A DNA stretch of 64,000 nt from NCBI GenBank assembly GCA_009103225.1, contig RHPI01000810.1:1614132-1678131 (forward strand), given 5' to 3'. Below the pieces are notes generated by a model. It ran no database searches, was not told where the DNA came from, and saw nothing but the letters and a program-made list of their open reading frames with translations. A program made the position numbers and the translations under genes. The stretch is from Chlorokybus atmophyticus (Eukaryota > Plantae > Mesostigma and Chlorokybus algae). This document shows, piece after piece, positions 48,546-62,626 of this stretch (position 1 is the stretch's first letter; every line of letters begins with the position of its first letter).

Positions 48546-49751
48546 CTACCGGTACCTGTGTTTGCATTCGTAACACATAATGTGAAGGCAATTATGGGGA
48601 TGTAGGTGACTTGTGGATGACGAATGTGTTAGACCTGCCGTCCCGTCCAATCGCAGCGCTTTATAACCGGCAGATGTTTGCATTAAGCCTTGCGTCACCT
48701 GTTTTGGCAAGGTTTATAATGGTGAGTTGGGGAAATCTTTAACTCATGCATGAGTACTAGCACATATGTGCTGGTACTAATCATAACGCATGCAAGTAGC
48801 AGCCTTCTACATGTGCTTGCCCCGTGGCCTGCTATTAGCAGGCCGCGGGGCAGGCCATAGATAGGCTGCGGGGTTGATCTTGGCAATAATGAGGTTATAA
48901 AATTATTAGGGTTTGTATCGGTGCAAAGTAATGATCATAACACACACCTTGTTAAGCATACATTAATGTATTATTTATGGAATCGATCACAACGCTCATG
49001 ATGTGTATGGCTTTAACATGCAGCGACTATGCAATTTTATACCGTGGCCGCGTCCTCAATTGCGTTGGGGAGTATAGTCACATAATTAATGACTTTGTTA
49101 CAACTGTAATCACAATTTCCACATGCCTTTCTCACAATATAAACCTTTAATTACGTCAACGCCAAATCCTCAATGTTGTTGAGGATTCGGCTTACGATCG
49201 TCACCGGCGGAGTGCTGTTTGTGACAGATTGTAACAATATTGTAGCTACAGTCATAACATATATACGGATCCGCCGTAAAGTTTATGAAATCCGCAATTT
49301 ATGTCAGGCTCCGTCCATTACAAAGTTGCGAATTCAGCCTGACTTGCCGAAACCAATTTCTACCAGTGAGGTTAGAGTGCAGCCAACTGGACTGGTTGCT
49401 GAAGCTTCTCACCGTGATGGGGACTGAAGACAAGTCCGCCGTGAGGGAGTTGTATCTCTGTGCAAGCTGGGGACCCACTCATGCGTACGCACGATGGGGA
49501 CGTTGACGCATCTAGAGTGTGTATGCTCCAGTATTATCTCACCTACAAAGTCACCTCACACGCTAGTAAAAAATTGCGCTATGTGCGAGCAAATAACAAA
49601 CACTACGATGTCGCAACTAGTCTGACGGCAATAATGCTCGCAGCACAGATGCCAGACACTCATAAGCAAGGGGTCGATACCATTAATTAACAAGCCATCT
49701 GTGTCGATACTGTGATCACAGTTCCTTGTACCGAGGTCAATAATGGGGTTC

Positions 49752-52700
49752 CGTAACGGTCGACAAATTTCATGATTTCATGACCTTTTAAGCCTTATTT
49801 GTTAAGTATCATGTTTTCATGACTTGTGGCAGATATCGGTGAGTCTTCCGCAGATATCGACCGGCCCCAAATACCTACCTAGCGCCAAATAGTATAACTT
49901 TGCCATATAGGCATCTTTTGAGGAGTTTCTTGGTGCGTAGAAAAGGTCAAAAAGTGTACTACAAGTTTCGACAAGAATATCGTAGCTTCTAATTCTGTCT
50001 AGCTCGAGAAAACGTCTGGACAGTAACATGTGCAGACTGGTAGGTATGAGAAGGACATTTCACTTTGTGTAATACAACCTTTAGCTCCCTAGTTGCTTGT
50101 GTGCAAGCTTGGTGGTGGTTAGCAGAGGTTGCTAGCGTGTGTCTACTGGTGTATGCTTGCTTGCTGCGTGACAATCCAATGCGCTACACAAGTCGGTGTG
50201 TAGCTTCGAGCGCATGCGCGTGTGTACACGAGTGGCGGGGCGCGCGTGTGCTTGGCAAAGGGGGCAAGGTTCCGGTGTGGATACCGTGTCTTAATGAGAG
50301 GGTTGTTGATTAGACCAACTCACAGGTGACAAGGCACGAGCACTGTCACAACTAGCATCGGAGCACGGTTTACAAAGGTGAGAGAGAGAAAGTTTGAGTG
50401 TTTACACTTTTACTTTGTAAGCGGAGTGTAATGTATTGGTGGAGATGGAGGATGTCCGTGTTGAGGAGCTTCAAGGTGTAATCCTAGCACTGCGAGAAGA
50501 GCTTCATCATATGCAAGTGGCTGCACAAGCACAACGCGAGGCGTACGAATGCACGCACGAGTTCCCATGGTGTCAAGCTCGCGTGTGCATTTGAAGGTGC
50601 CAAAGCCAAAGCCATTCAAGGGTTAACGAGATGGAGATGCAATAGATGAGTGGGTCTTTTTCTAATGTCTTCTTGGTTGAAGCTTACGGAGGTACCCGCG
50701 CATCTACATGTAGAGGTGGCGGCAACGTTGCTCGAAGGAGCTGCGCTTGTATGGTGGAGGCATTGGTGTACGCGTGTTGCAAGGGGGTTGGCCACACCAT
50801 TGTCTACACTGGAAGAGTTGGTAGCAAAGGTCAGGCATCAATTTCTTCTTGTGAAAAGCGTGAAGGCCGCGCGCGATCAACTTGCGACGCTTGTGCAAAC
50901 CAAGTCGATGATGGCGTACACAGCTGCGTTTCAACGTTTGGTGATGTCCATTCCCAACATGACCGAGGAGGAGCAGCTGGACAGGTACACCCATTGTTCA
51001 AAGCCTCTTGATCGTAAGGAAGTGGAGCTTAATGACCCAAAAACGCTAGCCGAGGCGATACACATTGCGGAGCGTCTGGATGCGTTGTATTTTAAGACAA
51101 CGACATCAAACTTTGATTGGAGGCGTGACTGTAAACACGGGCCAAGCAACGGGGCAAGAGGAGGCTTTGCGCTTGTTTGAAGGGGCAGAGAGTCGGCTTT
51201 TACACCCACATATGAGCATGGGGCTAGCTCAGGACCTACACCAATGAATGTGTGTGCAATCGATGTGCGCAAGGGTACGAGAAGGTCTACTGAGCGGCGT
51301 CCAGCTGGTGCTGTGCGTATGTGTTACGTGTGTGACTCCACTGTACATCTGGCCTTCAACTGTCCAAGGAGAGCGCGAGGAGATGCTCCTGGACAAGTAA
51401 AGTGTCGCAACATCGTGGACGCAATGGAGCAAAACGGCGTGCGGCAGGGAAATGATTGCCCTCAATTGGTGCAGAGGCTACTACTGAGGATGGCAAGAAG
51501 AAGCCTCAAGCATGCCCGAACTATCCAACGCGTTGCTCAAGCCAGGAGACTCATGACCACAGAGGCATGGTAACGATGTATACTGCAATGGTGGTGAGTT
51601 ATGCTAGTAAAGAAGCATGAAATTATTTTAGAGTCTGAGCACGCATTTGAGACGGTGGAGGAAGATGGAGAGAGTGCAAGTCGATGATTGACAGTGGAGC
51701 AAAAAGCAATTTTATGGCGGAAGTTGTTGCACGACGATTTGGATGGCTCTCGCCGTTGCGTGGAGGAGAAGTCAGGCTCACTGATGAAAGAGAACCTTTC
51801 GGGGCTGAAGGAACGTCATTCATGACCAAAGAGGTGCAAATCCGCATTGGTCAAGTGAGTGAGCGTATGCAATTTTGCTGCATCACATTAAAGAACAGGT
51901 TCAATGGAGTTTTGGGTCTATCGTGGCTACATAAGCACAGTCCAAGCATCGATTGCAGGCGACACATGCTCACCATTTGTGGAGAGACCATACATGGCTT
52001 ACGCAATTGCTACATAAAAGCTGAAGACCACCCCAACGACGACGGCATGGGGCGGCTGTGCAGCTGCGTCGAGACGATGCAGGGCGATCACGGCAAATGA
52101 CATGCAAGCATTGCGGGAGTGGTCTGCGGAAGAGGTAAACAGCCCGGTATGTTTGCGATTCCTCAAGTGTCATACGTGGAGTTAAAGAAGTTGCTATCCC
52201 AACGAAAGTCGAAAGGTGCATAGTTGTGCGTGGTGCGTGAGAAAGCGATCAAATCAGCACATTAGACCGTCGGTAAAGGGAGGCTACAACAGACCCCGAG
52301 GTGTGTGAACTCTTGAAAGGATTCAAGGACATCATGGTGGACGAGCTACCACCCGGTCTACCACCTCCAAGATGTAGACCATGTGATAGAGTTTGTTGAG
52401 GGCGTACATAAACCACCGTACCGGCCCGTATACAAGTTGTCACCTTTGGAGCTTGAAGAGGCGGAACGACAAGTGGCGGACTTGCTCAAGCGTGGCTACA
52501 TTTAGCCTAGTAAGTCTCCATATGGTGCACTTATCTTTTCTCGTGAGCAAGAGAACGGTGGACTACGCATGTGTGTGGACTACCGCGCTCTCAACAACAT
52601 TACGAAAAAGAAATGATGAGTTGCTGGAACAGTTACAAGGTGCGCAATACTTTACAACACTTGATCTTGCGGGGGTTTATCACCAGATCCGCATTGCACC

Positions 52701-55700
52701 GGAAAACGTGGCGAAGACTGCGTTTAATACATCTTACGTTCGCTACGAGTGGGTGGTGATGTCTTTTTGCGCTACAAACGCACCGGCAACGTTTTACAGC
52801 CTGATGAACGGAGTCTTTGTTGACTTGATTGGCAAGGGAGTGCTCGTCTACCTCAACAACATTTATGTGTAGTCAAAGATAAAACAGGAGCATAAGACAC
52901 GGTGCGTGTTACAGCGTTTAGAAGAGTATAAGTTGTATGCTCAGCTGGAGAAGTGCAAGCTTTGGCTTGAAGAAGTGGAGTACCTTGGCCATATTGTGTC
53001 GCATGAAGGGATCAAGCTCGACCCAAGCAAGATTCAAGCAGTGCGTTGGCCAGCCCCGACCAATGTAGAGGAGGTGAAGTCATTTTGGGGCCTTGCCATC
53101 TTTTATCGCAAATCTATTAGGGGATTTTCGCATCTTGCGGCACCTTTAAACACCCTTCTCAATAAAGAAAAGCCTTGGAGCTGGTCTGCAAGCAAGGAGC
53201 GTGCATTTTTTACATTGAAGTAGGCATTAACGAAGGCACCAGTCTTGCTTCACCCTGACATGCAAAAGCCCTTCGTTTTTGCTTGTGACGCGTCAGACAC
53301 AACAATAGGAGCTGTTTTGCAGCAAGACCACGGCAACCGCCTTCAACCAGTAACGTTCTTTAGTAAAAAAATGAGTGATGCGCAGCTTGACTACCCCGTG
53401 CACGAGAATGAGCTGTTGGCGCAAGTAATGGCACTACGACAATGGCGTTATTTCTTAGAAGGCAAGAAGTTCATGCTTGAGACGGATTATTCTCCACTGA
53501 GATACTTACAAACACAGCCTCATTTAAGTCGAGACAAGTACGATGGTTAGAGTTCTTTCAGCTTTTCGACTTGACATCAAGTACAAGCCAGGTACGTCCA
53601 ATAGTGTGGCCGATGCATTGAGTCAAGTGATTGCGGTGGAAATCCTCGCGTAAGTGTAGCCTGAATGGGTAGACCAGATACGGGACGTGTTGCATGAAGA
53701 CGTGGAAGGAAGAAGCAAGATGCAAGAGTTGGTTTAAAAGGGTCCGAATTGAAACGATCACTAGGCATTGAAGGACGGACTTCTTTGGCACCACAGGCGC
53801 ATGTACATCCCTAACATCCAACAGATGAGGGAACGTTTGATGAAGGAAGCGCATGATGTTCCCATTGCTGAACCCCAAGGGCTCGAGAGGACAATGGCAA
53901 GCTTGAAGCGTCGTTTTTATTGGCGGGAGATGCATAGAGACGTGCGCGACTACATAGCCTTATGCGACACTTGTCAAAGAGTAAAGGCCAGCAATTAGAA
54001 GCCAGTTGGGCTACTGCAACCGCTACCAATATCATTATCCAAGTGGGAGCAAGTCATCATGGACTTTCTTATCGGACTACCAAAGACACGTGACGGGTAT
54101 GATGCAATGTCGGTGTTCGTGTACAAAACAAGTAAAATGGTGCGCTTAGCTCCATGTCACGAGGATTGCACTGCACCGGAGGTTGCACAATTGTTTTGAA
54201 GCATGTCTTTCGCTCATATATCTTATAAGAGAGTATCGTGACGGATCGCGACCCAAGATTCACAGGTAAGTTTTGTGAGACGCTGCACAGTGCGTCAGGC
54301 ACTACATTAAGGTTCAGTACATTATTCCATCCGCAAACGGATGGCCAACAAGAGCGCGCAAATCGCGTGGTTAAAGACATGTTGCGATGCTACGTGAATG
54401 CATGATATCAGATAATTGCGGAATTACTCGAAGTGGCGGAATTCACAATGACCAATCACAAGAACGCAATCACCGACGCCACCCCCTTTCCGATAAATTA
54501 TGGTTAGCATCCATTGACGCCGTTGACAACATGGGTATGTGCATGTTGAGGCGGCGGGTGACTTCTTGAAGACATGTGCTGACATCACCAAAGCGGCTAG
54601 AGGAGCTGTGTTAATGCGCAAAATAGGCAGAAGCAGTACGCAGACGCACATCGCCGGCACGTTACACAAATGAAGGTGACATGGTAATGCTTTTTGCGAA
54701 GAACTTGCAGGTACGCGCTGGAGTTTGCAAGTTCATTGAACGCTGGCTTGGACCATTTAAAGTCATCAAGGTGATTTCGGACGTCGCGTACAAGTTGCAA
54801 CTACCTGAGACTATGCACATCCACCCTGTCTTTCATATATATCCCTGCTGAAACCATATCGAGGAGAACTACCATTGCGTCCATCGCCTGAGTTGGCTAC
54901 AAACAATCATGTGGAATATGAATGGAGGACATTGTGGAGGAGAAACTGGTGCGCAACGTGCGCAAATACTTAGTGAAGTGGAAGGGCTACCCTATGCATA
55001 AGGCCACTTGGGAACCGGAGGAGCATCAGGCGAATGCACAACAAGTTTTGCAAGCGTATTTGCAACGACGATCAGGACAACCTCGCGAGCTTCGAGGACG
55101 AAGCTCACATACGGGGGGACGAGTGTAACAGTCGACCTCACAATTCATGATTTCATGACCTTTTGGGCCATATTTGTCAATAGCCATGTTTTCATGACTT
55201 GTGGCGGATATCGGTTGTGAGTGTTTCGCAGATATCGACCGGCCCCAGGACCGATGTAGAAGACGCCGGAAAACGGAGGGCCAGTCGAGAAGGACTCGAT
55301 TTTTGAAAGGGCCTGGCGCTAATTAGTATAACTTTGCCATATGGGCATCTTTTTAGGAGTTCCTTGGTGCGTAGGAAAGGTTTAGAAATGTACTACAAGT
55401 CTTTACAAGGATGTCTTAGCTTCTGATTCCGTCTAGCTCGAGAAAACGTCTGGACAGTAGCATGTGCACACTTGTAGGTATGAAAAGGACATTTCACTTT
55501 GTGCAATACAACCTTTAGCTCCCTAGTTTTTTGTGTGCAAGCTTGGTGGTGGTTAGAAGTGGTTGCTAGCGTGTGTCCACTGGTGTGTGCTTGCTTGCTG
55601 TGTGACGATCCAATGCGCTACACAAGTCGGTGTGTAGCTTCAAGCGCATGCGCGTGCGTACGCGAGTGGCGGGGCGCGCGTGTGTGCTTGGCAAAAGGGG

Positions 55701-55786
55701 CAAGGTTCCGGTGTGAATACCGTGTCTTAGTGAGAGGGTTGTTGATTAGACCAACTCACAAGTGACAAGGCACGAGCACCGTCACA
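49752..55786 (+). mobile_element. Element D: older degenerate Ty3/gypsy chromovirus related to element C, with 5-bp TSD GGTTC
   Basis: LTRs 49752-50350 and 55124-55786 (diverged, with an indel); GGTTC at 49747-49751 and 55787-55791; gag, protease MIDSGAKSNF (51684), RT, RNaseH, integrase and chromodomain YLVKWKGYPMHKATWEP, with many stops and frameshifts. Confidence 0.95.
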
Positions 55787-55899
55787 GGTTCTTTACTATT
55801 AAGTACCGAAACATTTCAGACGGTAATCGCTTTCGACATGATCTTTATTCTTACTGTACGCCAATGATAGACCCCAACTACCACAAGCAACTATGGTAT

Positions 55900-56162
<263 letters not shown>

Positions 56163-59100
56163 CAGCTCAAGCGGGATTCAGTGCTGGAGATGGGGTCCGC
56201 GCCCACACCCTACCCGTTACGCGCACCGCTGCGATAGGCAATTCAACCAGAGATAGTTCTAATATCGGGCAGGTGCGTACAACTGCCATCCACATGCTGC
56301 CCGCTCATCAGAAAAGATTGAGGTAAGCATTGCATACATGCGCCGGCTCACACTTATGCATTTAAGTAGGCTTGCGTGTGCACGTACTCGTAACCACATG
56401 CGGACGCATGCAGCCGCATAAGCACATGCAACTGCATGCGCACATATGTATGCCTTCACGCATGCATGCAGACACGTGCACGCATGCATCAACATGTGTT
56501 TTCGGCAGAGGACACATGCTTCGCTCCCACCTACTTGTTTTCGGCCTTTGCAGCCTGGCAAATGGTGCTTTGGACTGAGCACAAACCGAACAATCTGTGC
56601 CATCCCATAGTAAGTGACAGCTTGCAAGTGTTCTGTGTCAGGCATTAGCGACACACGCAAGGACATAGACACCAAGTTCTCGTCCTTGCGTAGCATGCAT
56701 GTGGGCAACATGCTGATGCTGCTCTGCTGTTGTGATACGCATTGTGACATGTGACATGTGCGCGATTCAGTGCTGAGTACTGCATACAGTGCAGGAGGGC
56801 CGTACACCGTCCCGGAGTGTGTTCAAGTTACTGACCAGTTCTGGACTCCGGGTCAGTTTCAGCTGCAAGGATACGCCGGGTTCGATGTATGCGGGCAGCA
56901 TCGCACCCTCGCATGGGACTTGGACAGCGACGGTAAATATGACGTTGCTGTTGGGGAGAGACGCTTTGGCACGCCGCGCTACCTGCGCGTAGGCGCGCAC
57001 ACAAACAGAGCTCAAGCCAGCAGCCCCTCTCCTTGCCCAAGCTCTCCCGGACCCGTTGTGCTCAACACCACCCTCACGGTCACCGGCCCTGCGGTCCCTA
57101 CCATCAAGAAACTTTACTACCTTCCCACGCAAAAGAAATCTTCAACAGTATCTACCGACGCCTTTGTAGGAGAGCCAGTCAATGTCTATGCGGACCTTGA
57201 TCTTGCCTTTTGCCGCGCTTCTACCTTGATAATCAACTGTGGTCCGGACAATGTGGTGAGCTGGTCAGTGAGCTGCTGCGGGTGGGCTCGGTTGCGCTAG
57301 TCGTGTGTGCTCGCACATGTTGCAGGAGCCAACACTCTTAGGTGCCCTCTTTGTGTTGATGGCAGGCGGACGGAGCTACCGCAGGAAATGTCTGCCAATA
57401 CAGCAGGCCCGGAGCAAAGCGTGTCACAGCCAGGGTGCAGCAAGATGGTCACGTCGCATTTGCGGAAACTGTCATCGCAGCCAACAACATATCTAAAAGT
57501 AAGTGTCTTGCTGCTCGCACACGTGCATATCTGACGACACCACAACAACAGATTGCTAACGCCCATGTTGCACCAGACTCGGTGGCCCATATCAGGTTCA
57601 ATTATGCGGTGTCGTGCGTATGGGAAGCGCGTACGGATGTCGCCGCTTGCTGCAACAACAGAGTTTACCGGTGAGACTTTGACGGCGACGGCGCCTTTGA
57701 TGACGCCAGCGGGCCCGTGCTACTCGTGGACAACACCGTCCAGCGCCTGCCCATTGGTGTGCGCACAATAAGTGTGGCAAGTCAGCAGCACCCCCTCCTG
57801 TCCAGCCTCTCCTCCTCTAGTACGCAGTACCACCCTCAACGTCACCACCACACCACCTGTCATCAACAGCGTGCGCTCGTCAACACTAAGCGGCGGGCCC
57901 AGCGCGACAGTCGGAGAGGACATAGCGGTGTCGACTGAGGGTGTGTCTTGGTTGATTGCTGGTCATCGAGTATCATCTTTATTCTGCTGCACTCCGTGTT
58001 GCTAAGACAGGGCCCTAGTGGGTCAAACATCTGCCGGTACAACACAATCGTAGCAAAAGTGTTCGTGGTGACGCTGGAGCAGTCTGGCTTCGTAGCGTTA
58101 CGAAGCATCACCATCACGGTTACAATATTCATGTGAGTGGCACGTTTCACAGACATCAAAGCTTTGCCTCTTCAGCAAGCATTCGCAGCAGGCACACATT
58201 GGGCTGAGATGAGTATGCACATCTCAGCATGGGAGGGCCGTACCGCGCGGGTATATGCAGCAACGTCCAGCTGAGTGCTGTCGCAAGCGTGGATGCATGC
58301 GGCGAGGAGCAATCACTGGCTTGGGACCTGGACTGGAGCGATGGCGTGTTCCATGACGCTACGGGGAACAGCCCCACTTTCAACGCCTACATGCAAGGCC
58401 TGGGCTCCGGGGCTCACGCGATAAGCGTTCGCGCCAGCAGCTTTTGCCCAGACCCTTCGCCCGAGATGTTTGCGAGCATTACTGTTAGTGTCCGACACCA
58501 TCAGGCACTTGGTCATCCGCAGTGGAACCGTATGCAGCGTCCGGCAATGGGGTGGCAAGCGTCGCGGAGGATCATCGTGGCTGTCCACAGAGCCAGTGCA
58601 ACAACATGCGCACCGGATGACCTTGCCATAGACTGCGGTCCAGACAGCGTGGTGAGTGGCGCGCGCGTGTGTATGTGTGTGTGTGTGTTGGCGTGCACAT
58701 GCGCGCGCGCTCGCCATCAAAGCGGTCATATGTTGATGTTTGGCAGAGTGTTTCGATGTTTTTTCCACGCACTTCCACGAACTGTTTCAGAGCGGTGCAT
58801 TGAGTACTGTCGATACAGCAGCCCTAACCCTGGCTTGATAATTATCACCGCCACCATCGCGCAAACTGGCGCCGTGGTGTCACGCTCAGTAAACATCACG
58901 ATCGCAACCTTCTAGTAGGTGCTGTTGCTACCACCTGCTTTGCCAAGGGATCGCACGCGTGCAGTGCACTTGGCCTCTGTGTTGTGTGCGCGTTTGTGTG
59001 TCACGCGCGAGCAGCATGGGAGGACCGTACCGCATCGCCCCGTGCTCTGCGTTTGCGCTCGCTGCTCCCCTCACCTACGACGCGTGCGGGAGATTACGTC

Positions 59101-59636
59101 TCCTTGGGTGGGACATCAACAACGACGGTTCATTCGTTGATGCCAGCGGGAGCCAGCCTTACATCCACACCGGTGACCACGACAACTTCTTCCCCGGTGG
59201 CCACCCCATACGCGTGCAATCCTACAGCAGCCCGCCCTGCCCCGCCTCGCTGACGGAAGTGCACACCGTCAACGTGACGGTCATGGCGGGTGTCAAGCTT
59301 GCCATCAACAGCATATCCGCACGCCCTGTGAGCAGCAAATCAGTCGCGACAACCGGCAAAGACATTGAAATCGAACTAGTGCGCCGGTTTATATATATAC
59401 ACTGCTTGCCTTTCACCCTCACTGTTGACTGCGGAGCAGACAGTGTGGTGAGTCTTCACTCAGCATTTTGTTGCATCGAATTACCTTTGCTGACAGTGCG
59501 CACATGTGTGTGCATAGAGCACAACGGTATCCATCTGTCGGTGCAATACACCAGGACAGAAGGTCATCGCCGCAATATTGACGCAGAACGGCGTGTCCGT
59601 CTTGCGCTCGCACAACATTACGGTTGCTGCCTATTG
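56163..59636 (+). pseudogene. NIDO-domain plus four tandem PKD/Ig-like modules; extracellular protein gene, 5' end lost in the gap; frame disruptions in modules 2-3
   Basis: AQAGFSAGDGVRAHTLPVTRTAAIGNSTRDSSNIGQ/PGKWCF; four GGPY...W-D-(L/F/I)-(D/N)-x-DG...(D/V)A modules at 56790, 57577, 58228, 59016; each followed by a C-x-(Y/N)...(Q/T)-x-G-x-V tail exon. Confidence 0.7.
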
Positions 59637-60562
59637 GTGATAACCATCATGCGTGTGGGCATGTGTTGTTGTCAGCTGCTGCATGGTTGGTGTTCAAGGG
59701 CGATTTTGCCTGTGTGCGCACACGCCATATACCTGTGGGGTAGTAGTATAAGCAATAACACGCACGCACTTGCAGGCAGCGTCTTCCCCCCCTCCCGCAA
59801 ACAACAGCACATGCACACACACGCACGCAAATGCACACATGCGCACTCAGGCACACCCATTATGCTGCAACAGCTGCATGGTTTGCGCTTGTTACCAGCA
59901 GCAACAGCGCAACACATGCGCAAGCATACGCGCACACAGTTTTACGCAGCTGCTGGCAAGGACACCGACACACGCATACACGAGAATGTGCGCATCTTCT
60001 GCTGCTCCGACTGCACAGAATTGCAAACAAGTATGCGCGCGCAAGCATGTATGCAAGCATGTATGCACGCATACATGCTTGCACGCGCATATCGTCGTCT
60101 GCACTTCACATGAGCGCAGGTAGTTATCTGCAACTTTCTTTTGGACGTACACGCACATTGGCTGCACTTCAACCACGCGTGCGTATGTGCACGCATACAA
60201 TTGTCTGCCTAACAGTATGTCTGATGTCTGCAGCAGGAGTGGGGGAGGGCTAGTGTAGAAGCTGATAGATTTGATGCAATGTGCTGGTAGGAAACTCAAC
60301 TTCGGTAACAACAGTGCAACAGCTGTTGCTGTAGTCAGCGTTGATCCGCAGGTGTGATGGGATCTGATGTTTGCTGGTGTTTGGCTTTTAGGTACGCAAC
60401 AGCTTGTGTTGTGGGCATGAGCTGCATGCACGTGCTCGCATGGCATGAAGGACTCACCATGCGCAACATCACAGGGTGCAATGCCCTAAGGATGACATTG
60501 GGTTAGTAAGTTGTGAGTGTACACGGTCGATTGCTTGTGCAGCTATTCGCACACAGATAGCT

Positions 60563-62569
60563 CTACAGGTCAAGTCCTTGCGGCTGCAGCCCAATACACG
60601 CAGCATTGTATCCAGTATCTACGCAAGGTGCATGGTGTGATGACAACCACCCAGAAAACTTTGTTACGCATTGTCTTCGCGTGTGCTCTACTCTACGCAG
60701 GCGGCACGCAATCATCTCCTGCTCAGCACAGGTGAAGTTAGGGTCAACAAACACTCTGCATGCAGAGAGTGTCTTCTCAAGGCATGGCATACCAACCACA
60801 TCACTCATCGCTCTTACCGTACAGAAGGTTGAGGTGTGAGTCGCTCAAACTGAGTTGGTCGCTTACGCCAATGCTCAGGCGCGGCCCGTGCGTAAGCACC
60901 GCACTGGAGCCAGAGGTGAGGTTCAGTCGCATCTTATAGGCTGTCCGGCCAGAGACGCCATAGAGGACGGGCGGCGCTGCAGAGAGAAGGAGGAGGAGGA
61001 GGAGCGTGAGAGGGGAGAGAAGAGATGTGGGTGCCGTAGACTGTGCTACAACAATACATGCATGTTGCAGCATGGCGAAACGTATGAACACATTGCCACA
61101 CACTCACACGAGTATATGTCCACGAGCGGACTGTACAAGTTCATGCCGATGCGCCGCGTGAATCGCCGACGGGGAGGGTTGACTGAGATGTCAAACACGG
61201 CCAAGTACTGCACGGCGTCGAGGAATGGCTTGTGTGTGAGCTCCTCGGCAAAGACGAGCTGAGCGTAGACAAGCTTGTGCACTGCACGGGTGTGGTTGCC
61301 AGTCAGGAACTGCACGTTTTTGTTGTTGAAGAGGCAATAGAGGGAGGGGAGACTAGCAGTTCACAATCACAGAGGCAAAAGTAGTTTACTATCACACGAG
61401 CTCTGTATCTATTATACGGTATGTATCCTGTCACCTGGGTCGACTTGAAATGAGAAGATGCCGGTGAATGGGCCACTGGGTGCAGTAGTCATTGAATACA
61501 GGGTTTGTATGTAGGTGAGAGTGGAACGGCTGCGCGACACGCTTGCCCTCTTCAATGTGGACGTGGTGTTTTCCAGCCGTAGGTAGCCAGGTTGTCTTGA
61601 TAAGTAGGAGGTCTCTTCTATCCAATACAGCTTCGATGGTGAGACTGCAACGCGATCAACGCGGAGTCAACTTCATGCAACATGGGCGTTGGAGATTGCT
61701 TGGCAACTACAGCCCTCCCCTAGCATGTTCTTCATGACAATTGATATTCTCCCGCCCTCTGTCTGCGTGTGCATCCGCATGCTTAACAACCTCATGCCAA
61801 CCTGACACGTCGATGCTCACGGAACCTATGTACGAGCTGGCCACAATGACGGAGGAGTCCGCGTTATCGGTCTCATACACTTTCAGAGGGTTGTCCCGCC
61901 ACGCAGCTGCGCTGTAGATCGCCGCCTGCTCATTTGACGTTTGGTTCTTTCGCGTGCTGTACGCGAAGAAGAAGTACAGGTTGTCGGGCAGCTCTGCAAG
62001 TGAGGAGAGGGAGGGAAAGAGGATGTGTCACAACGAGGGAGCTACATGGTTAGGGAGCTCGATGACCAACCGCATCACACTGTGACAACTGCTAGGAACA
62101 ACATCATGTCACGTCACGCACCAGACGTGTCCACATCAAAGTTGAAGATGACGCTTGTGCCGACTCGGAAAGGCGGCACTCGGGTGGTCACTGGCCCCAG
62201 GGCATACTTGGGCGGCTGTCGCACATAGTCCGCACGCGTGGACAGGATGACCATGCCAACAGACACCTCAAACTCCTCCGGCGGCACCGCCTCTAGCCAA
62301 TACATGGTATCTACGCGATGAACACAGTAAGTAAGTGCGTTTACGTGCACATGTGTGCCTCACCGAACAACAGCACGCATACCGCCAACCACAGACGACA
62401 CGACGGACTTGTCATAAAAGGTCCTGCGACTGTCCGGCGAGGAATAGAGTAAACCACCAGAGTTTCCAATGACGGTTGCATCAAAGAACTGGATAAACCC
62501 CCTTCCGTAGTCCGTACCATCCCCGTCGTAATTGTACACTAAACGCTTCGCGCATTCTGAAGAGAACAG

Positions 62570-62626
<57 letters not shown>

